Shown piece after piece: positions 14,581 through 20,000 of a stretch of 20,000 nt of DNA. How positions within the stretch are numbered: position 1 is the first letter of the stretch; the number at the start of each line of letters is the position of its first letter. The stretch is taken from IMG/VR virus record IMGVR_UViG_3300028888_000136. One strand, 5' to 3'. A program made the translations under genes and the position numbers. The DNA comes from an uncultured virus (IMG/VR IMGVR_UViG_3300028888_000136) (taxonomy: Duplodnaviria > Heunggongvirae > Uroviricota > Caudoviricetes). The notes under the pieces were generated by a model, which was not told the origin of the DNA, made no database searches, and saw only the letters and a list, made by a program, of their open reading frames with translations.

Positions 14581-15600
14581 ATGAAATTAAATGATGTAAA
14601 ATTTCTGCCAGCAACCAACGCTGTTGCTGATGTATATACAAAGGCCACTGGTTTGCCCATTGTTGGCGAAATGATGGTGGCCGCAGCTGGTCAAGGCGGT
14701 GAGCCGACACCTCCGACACCGACACAATTCACATTCACATCCATAAAAATAATCAAAAATGCTGTAGATGACTACACTATAGAGGCCACATCCAACATAC
14801 CAGCTCCAGTTGATAATGCAAGAGCGTATTTGGAAGATTCCTTATCCCAATGGGGAGGCAGTGTTTCTCCGACAGAAAATGGTTCTACACAGTGGGTTTT
14901 GAATCCCAATTATGAATATTTTTTCAATGAGGGAAGCATCCCGACAGAAGGTGGCCAATGTACAGCTTGGGGTGAGTTCATTGAAGGCGATGACCACACC
15001 ATTCATTGCGATTGGACTTACGAACAACCAGCACCTATTTACGACTTGAATATTGAATTTATGGGAGGTGGACAAGCTACGGTTTCAGCAAGTGCGAGAG
15101 TTGATTATTCTGCCGATGAGATATATTACAGAAGCGGTGGAGTGGACATCAGACTAAAACCGATGGAAGGTGACTACACCATACTTGAACTTGATAATGA
15201 TTATACAAATCGGTTTGACGATATACATTCAACAACTCTTTACGGAACGATTGAAGTGTTTTCTCCAGAGCAAGGTGAAAATATCGCAACATTTGAATTA
15301 GAAGCGACTGTAACGCCTATGTTCAATGTTATGGATATTTCCGTCAACCAAGACGATGTTGACAAATACTCCATAAACGGAAGCGGTGATTTTGCCCCAA
15401 GAGAAATGTTTGATAGTGATTGTATAGCTGAATTTGAAGGATGTGAAAACCCAATATCATTGTATATTAGCGATTACGGGTCAATTGAAGGATTTTATGA
15501 TGGTGTCGCGTCTTTCCAAGACGGCGGAAGTGTGACGGTTACAGATATTAACAACAACATTTCTTGGAGTGGCACATATAGATATAATTCGTTGCCTTAA
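14581..15600 (+). CDS. acidic beta-rich putative virion decoration/fibre protein
   Basis: Short N-terminal segment, GGEPTPPTPT linker, then about three 95-100 aa beta-sandwich-like blocks. Confidence 0.65.
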   Translation: MKLNDVKFLPATNAVADVYTKATGLPIVGEMMVAAAGQGGEPTPPTPTQFTFTSIKIIKNAVDDYTIEATSNIPAPVDNARAYLEDSLSQWGGSVSPTENGSTQWVLNPNYEYFFNEGSIPTEGGQCTAWGEFIEGDDHTIHCDWTYEQPAPIYDLNIEFMGGGQATVSASARVDYSADEIYYRSGGVDIRLKPMEGDYTILELDNDYTNRFDDIHSTTLYGTIEVFSPEQGENIATFELEATVTPMFNVMDISVNQDDVDKYSINGSGDFAPREMFDSDCIAEFEGCENPISLYISDYGSIEGFYDGVASFQDGGSVTVTDINNNISWSGTYRYNSLP

Positions 15601-15626
15601 AAATAACTGAATAATTTACACAATAT

Positions 15627-18600
15627 ATGGCAAAGACAAGAATATTACCAATTCCGCTAGGCGGTGGCGGTGGTGAGTGCAATTTGCAACAGAAAACCGC
15701 CACTCCTACCACATCCACCCAGACCGTTAATCCAGACGCTGGTTATGACGGTATGTCAAGAGTGACGATAGAGGCTGTTGATGCGAATATTGACCAGAAC
15801 ATCACCCCAGAAAACATCAAGGACGGAGTTGAAATCCTCGGTGTGACTGGAACTTACGAAGGCGAAGGCGGACAATGCAACCTTGAGAGTGGAAAGACAA
15901 TCACCCAGAACGGTTATTATGACGCACAAAGCGATGGATATGACGGTTTTGATGCGGTTGATGTAAACGTACTACCGAATGTGGGTTTCAAATCAATCAC
16001 CCAGAACGGGATTTATAATGCCCAGAACGATGACGGTTGGGACGGCTATTCCGAGGTTGACGTACAAGTCACACCTAACATTTCAATCGGTGACGTTTTC
16101 ACTCCATCTACTCAACAACAACAAATAACAGCTCCGATGGCAACTGACGGTTACAACGATTTCACAATTGAGGCCGTTGACGCTAACATTGACCCTAACA
16201 TCCAAGCTGGCAATATAAAGGACGGTGTGACGATTTTGGGTGTCACTGGAACTCTACAGGAGGGAATAACCCCGACAGGTACTTTGAATATCATAAACAA
16301 CGGCACTTACAACGTCACAAACTATGCCAGTGTGTTTATCAATGTTGCAAGCGGTGAGTTTGGCGAACTCTGTTTCACAGCTTTGCAGTCCAATTCTAAA
16401 ATCAATATGTCTCACGCAGGAACAAACGCCAGTAACACGAAACCTGTAATGTATTATTCGACAGATGGAAGACAGACTTGGAATCTCTGGGACTATTCAG
16501 AAATAACACTTGCAAACGTTGATGACAAGGTTTACTTTTATGGTGACAATCCAAACGGTTTTTCAAAAGGTGAATATGATTATAGTACCTTCAATCTTTC
16601 TGGACAGATTTCTGTTTCTGGCAAGATAATGTCACTGATTAGCAGATATGCTGACAGAGATATACCTAATGCACATTGTTTCAGAGAATTATTCAAAGGA
16701 GCTGGCGCACTTAAAGATGCACAGTATTTAGTGTTGCCGTCAAATACAACAGATAGTTGTTATAAAGGGATGTTCTCGTCAACTGGAATTACTGTCGCTC
16801 CAAATCTACCAGCTGAAACTGTCACAAACAGAAGTTATATGCAAATGTTTCAGTTTTGCAGTTCTCTTACAACAATACAGAGTTTCGGTCTGAAACGTTT
16901 TGACACCTCGTCTTCATCCAATTCAGCTTTTTGTAGCAATATGTTTAGTTATTGCGGAAACTTGGTTAACATACCAGATGTCCTTGAGCCGACCGAACTT
17001 GCCCCAGACTGTTATTGGAAAATGTTTGAAAGTTGTACAAGTATTACAAAAGCACCTATGTTACCAGCAAAAAACACTGCTGTAAGAAATGTTTATCAAG
17101 AAATGTTCGATGGGTGCGCTTCACTTAACAACATTACAACTTTGGCGAGTAGCTTGAATCAATCAAACTGGGTGCGTAATGTTGCCCAGACTGGTACTTT
17201 CTATAAGATAAAAGGCGCTGATATTCCGATTGATTCTGCAAACGGTGTTCCTGTCGGTTGGACTGTGGTTGAAATACCTTCCGTTATTGACAATAACAAT
17301 GAGATAACGTTTGACTATAATACTGGTACTAATATATACTACACGCTTGACGGAACTACACCGACAACATCTTCAACTTTGTACACAGGACCGATAGACG
17401 CTTTGGTTGTCGGTAACAAGTTCACATTGAAATATCTTTCTGTTTACAACGGTGTCAATTTGCCGATTATGGAATATGAATACTACAACGCTTTCTACAT
17501 TGAGGCACTTGAAAACAATACCGTACTCAATGTCAACAACTGGAGAGACAATATGCTGTATTCAACAGACAAACAGACTTGGGTTATGTGCAATACAGCA
17601 CCTAACAGAGAAATAACGCTAACAAACACTGGTGATAAGGTTTATTTCAAAAAAGCTATAGTTGACGGTGTGAAAATGGGTGTTGGTGCTTTGGGTACTG
17701 TTTCTGGCACGATAAAAGCTGGTGGATTCCTTGAATACGCTGCCACTTGGGATATTACTAACAACGCAACTCTTATATCAAATGTCGGAAACCTGTTTGA
17801 AAACTGTACAGGAATGGTTGACGCTTCGGATTTGATACTGATAGACGATATGACAGGTTACAATCCAGGTTACTCAAGCAACAACGGTGCTTATGCCAGA
17901 ATGTTCAATGGTTGTACGAATCTGGTCAAAACACCTAATCTTCCGTCACAACAGCTCGGTTTGTACTGTTATTATGAAATGTTCAAGGGTTGTACCAGTT
18001 TGACAAAATGTCCAGACCTGCCAGCAAGAACGCTCGGTGAAAGAGGTTCTTATCAAGAAATGTTTATGAACTGTACAGGTCTCACAACTTCTGGTAAGAT
18101 TATGGCAACTTCAATCCGTAATTTCTATTCAGTTAAAGATATGTTCAACGGATGCACTAATCTGTCAAGAGTGTTTATTGAAAACTGTACAGACTTTGAA
18201 GGCACTTACGGAACAAGTGATTGGCTTAAGAACGTTGCGACAAACGGTGTTGTGTTCGTACCGTCAACAACCAATATTCCTGCTGGTACAAACGGTATTC
18301 CTTCTGGATGGATTCGCGGTGACGCTCCTACAACCCCACGCCAATTTGTAGTGGATAGTGTTGGAACTGGAAGCTGGGTTGTCGGTATAGTTGACAACGG
18401 ATGGCCTTCAACTGGAAATGATTTGCAGCTGGCACGCATATTCGCTACAATAGACAACACAGAGACGTATTGCGATTACGATATATTCTACAGTATCGCC
18501 AACAACACAATCTATGCAACAAAATATAGCGGTTGGGATGACAATATAGCAACTGGAACTTCAACAAGTATGACAGGAAACAAGGTTATCCGTATTGACT

Positions 18601-19709
18601 TCAATTATATAACCGCGAATGGCAGCAACTACGAAAACTCAATTAATGACTGCCACGACTGGAGTACACGAGGTTACAATAGTTTTGAAGATTGTGACTG
18701 TAATGAATACGGTTGGAGTTGCCAAAACGTAAACAATATGGTTTGCTTCACAGCTGTTGACCCGAATGTAACTATAGCTTATACAGGCAGAAACGCAACT
18801 TTGTATGCTTCAACAGATGGAGGTCAGACCTTCACACAAATGACCAAACAAGTGCCTGTCACACTTTCAAATATAGGCGATAAAGTCTATATTTACGGTA
18901 ACAATGAGCGTTTGTGTGATATGCAAGACATTTCAAATCACACTTATTTCTTAATTAGCGGTGGTGATGTTACAGTAGGCGGTGATTTGACCACACTGTT
19001 AGACAGGAACGGACTTACAACTATTCCAGACAGGGCTTTCGTTCAAACATTACGAAGCGGTCATATTGTTTCTGCCGCTGATTTGACGGTTAACGTAACT
19101 TCTGTCGGTAAATACGGTTTATATGGTCTGTTCAAAGACTGTGTAAACCTTACAGACGGTATAGCGGCACTGCCAGCAACGAATTTGGACTATGGTTGTT
19201 ATGAAAGTATGTATTACGGATGTGAGAAACTAACCACAACTCCAACCACACTGCCAGCTACCACTCTTTCAGATTCTTGTTATTCTCAAATGTTTGCTTT
19301 CTGCAAACGTATTGTAACAGCACCTTCTCTGCCAGCTATTAATCTTTCACAAAGTTGTTACGCATTTATGTTCAACAATTGTGCTGGATTGCAGAATGCT
19401 CCCGCAACATTACCAGCCACAACAACCGTAACTCATTGTTATTGGGGAATGTTCAACAATTGCGATTCATTACATACAGCACCAGAAATCTATACAACTA
19501 ATTTCGTTGTAGCTCATTGTAGTCAAATGTTTGAAAGTTGTAGTAATTTGGATTCTGTAACTGTAAGAGCAACAAGCTGGGATAATTCTGGAAGTTCAAC
19601 TTGGTTGGGGAATGTTCCTTCTGGCGGTACTTTCACAAAACCAACCGCCACTGTAATACCAACTGGAAGTGACGGAATACCTAACGGATGGACGGTGGTT
19701 AACGTATAA
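15627..19709 (+). CDS. large tail fibre / receptor-binding protein with three BspA-like Cys-containing repeat modules
   Basis: N-terminal fibre repeats (ITQNG.Y..DG.DG...V.V; NIKDGV.ILGVTGT twice); repeats CY..MF..C..L...P.LPA; IYYTLDGTTPT FN3-associated motif; three GIP.GW-type module ends. Confidence 0.8.
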   Translation: MAKTRILPIPLGGGGGECNLQQKTATPTTSTQTVNPDAGYDGMSRVTIEAVDANIDQNITPENIKDGVEILGVTGTYEGEGGQCNLESGKTITQNGYYDAQSDGYDGFDAVDVNVLPNVGFKSITQNGIYNAQNDDGWDGYSEVDVQVTPNISIGDVFTPSTQQQQITAPMATDGYNDFTIEAVDANIDPNIQAGNIKDGVTILGVTGTLQEGITPTGTLNIINNGTYNVTNYASVFINVASGEFGELCFTALQSNSKINMSHAGTNASNTKPVMYYSTDGRQTWNLWDYSEITLANVDDKVYFYGDNPNGFSKGEYDYSTFNLSGQISVSGKIMSLISRYADRDIPNAHCFRELFKGAGALKDAQYLVLPSNTTDSCYKGMFSSTGITVAPNLPAETVTNRSYMQMFQFCSSLTTIQSFGLKRFDTSSSSNSAFCSNMFSYCGNLVNIPDVLEPTELAPDCYWKMFESCTSITKAPMLPAKNTAVRNVYQEMFDGCASLNNITTLASSLNQSNWVRNVAQTGTFYKIKGADIPIDSANGVPVGWTVVEIPSVIDNNNEITFDYNTGTNIYYTLDGTTPTTSSTLYTGPIDALVVGNKFTLKYLSVYNGVNLPIMEYEYYNAFYIEALENNTVLNVNNWRDNMLYSTDKQTWVMCNTAPNREITLTNTGDKVYFKKAIVDGVKMGVGALGTVSGTIKAGGFLEYAATWDITNNATLISNVGNLFENCTGMVDASDLILIDDMTGYNPGYSSNNGAYARMFNGCTNLVKTPNLPSQQLGLYCYYEMFKGCTSLTKCPDLPARTLGERGSYQEMFMNCTGLTTSGKIMATSIRNFYSVKDMFNGCTNLSRVFIENCTDFEGTYGTSDWLKNVATNGVVFVPSTTNIPAGTNGIPSGWIRGDAPTTPRQFVVDSVGTGSWVVGIVDNGWPSTGNDLQLARIFATIDNTETYCDYDIFYSIANNTIYATKYSGWDDNIATGTSTSMTGNKVIRIDFNYITANGSNYENSINDCHDWSTRGYNSFEDCDCNEYGWSCQNVNNMVCFTAVDPNVTIAYTGRNATLYASTDGGQTFTQMTKQVPVTLSNIGDKVYIYGNNERLCDMQDISNHTYFLISGGDVTVGGDLTTLLDRNGLTTIPDRAFVQTLRSGHIVSAADLTVNVTSVGKYGLYGLFKDCVNLTDGIAALPATNLDYGCYESMYYGCEKLTTTPTTLPATTLSDSCYSQMFAFCKRIVTAPSLPAINLSQSCYAFMFNNCAGLQNAPATLPATTTVTHCYWGMFNNCDSLHTAPEIYTTNFVVAHCSQMFESCSNLDSVTVRATSWDNSGSSTWLGNVPSGGTFTKPTATVIPTGSDGIPNGWTVVNV

Positions 19710-19755
19710 AACTAATAACTCCAATACAGTAAAAACTAACAACACTAATTTATAC

Positions 19756-19783
19756 AAGGTGGTCAATATGGCCACCTTTTTTT
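19756..19783 (+). terminator. intrinsic terminator
   Basis: AAGGTGGTCA-ATA-TGGCCACCTT followed by a T-tract. Confidence 0.85.
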
Positions 19784-19834
19784 GGCAGTTCTTTATTGAA
19801 ATTGCCGACAAATAAATAGAAAATAGATTTAGAT

Positions 19835-20000
19835 ATGAGATATATTGATTATTTGACAGCTAACAACCAGACAGGCGATTGGGAACCGCAATGCAAAATT
19901 GACACTGGAATAGCTATGACAGACCCAGACATAACCATTCGTATCAAATACAAGCAGAAATATCCATCCAGAGGATGGACTTTCTGTGACAGGATAGTTG
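19835..20000 (+). CDS. 5' part of a further structural gene (runs off the window)
   Basis: MRYIDYLTANNQTGDWEPQCKIDTGIAMTDPDITIRIKYKQ..., open to the window end; the Y(I/L)...IDTG motif suggests a ConA/LamG-like tail domain. Confidence 0.65.
   Translation, partial: MRYIDYLTANNQTGDWEPQCKIDTGIAMTDPDITIRIKYKQKYPSRGWTFCDRIV

Noticed and set aside
14180..14600. Programmed -1 frameshift of a tail assembly chaperone
   Set aside because: No XXXYYYZ slippery heptamer seen near the 3' end, and the next gene has its own start.
15627..19709. Diversity-generating retroelement target
   Set aside because: No reverse transcriptase in the window and no near-identical repeat pair differing only at adenines; the repeats differ mainly at synonymous positions. 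A DGR elsewhere in the genome cannot be excluded.
1826..19811. Other antisense and nested ORFs in the track (e.g. 1826..2092, 3360..3758, 4741..5097, 6968..7264, 7795..8283, 14171..14542)
   Set aside because: They overlap well-supported genes and have the Phe/Ser/Leu-rich composition of shadow frames, with no recognisable motifs.
1..20000. Stop-codon reassignment as in some crAss-like phages
   Set aside because: Long genes are uninterrupted in the standard code, TAG and TGA both end genes at sensible positions, and the tRNA is not a suppressor.

Overview
The window is 20 kb of a tailed dsDNA phage (HK97-type head, probably temperate). The host is most likely Bacteroidota: start codons have A-rich leaders without Shine-Dalgarno sites, TAnnTTTG promoters flank the recombinase, and the recombinase, holin and tail tube resemble Bacteroidales phage families. 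From left to right it holds a leftward hypothetical gene, an AT-rich origin/control region with three TTGATTGG-N10-CCAATCAA boxes and a structured leader, then wHTH and DUF6291-like replication genes. These are followed by hypotheticals, a PD-(D/E)xK nuclease, an M15 peptidase endolysin, an orphan EcoRI-family adenine methyltransferase and a T7 endonuclease I-like resolvase. Next come a non-coding gap with two convergent promoter-hairpin units and a reverse-strand tyrosine recombinase. The late operon runs terS, terL, adaptor-like gene, 23-aa mini-ORF, holin, spanin-like gene, portal, prohead protease, tRNA-Ala(TGC), major capsid, tail tube, two accessory structural genes, a 1360-aa three-module BspA-like fibre and the start of another structural gene. 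The best candidates for undescribed biology are the RNA switch upstream of the replication gene (a terminator loop complementary to two flanking copies of GATACCAC) and the two orphan small-RNA units at 5986-6173. All protein calls come from motif recognition by eye; no database searches were run.
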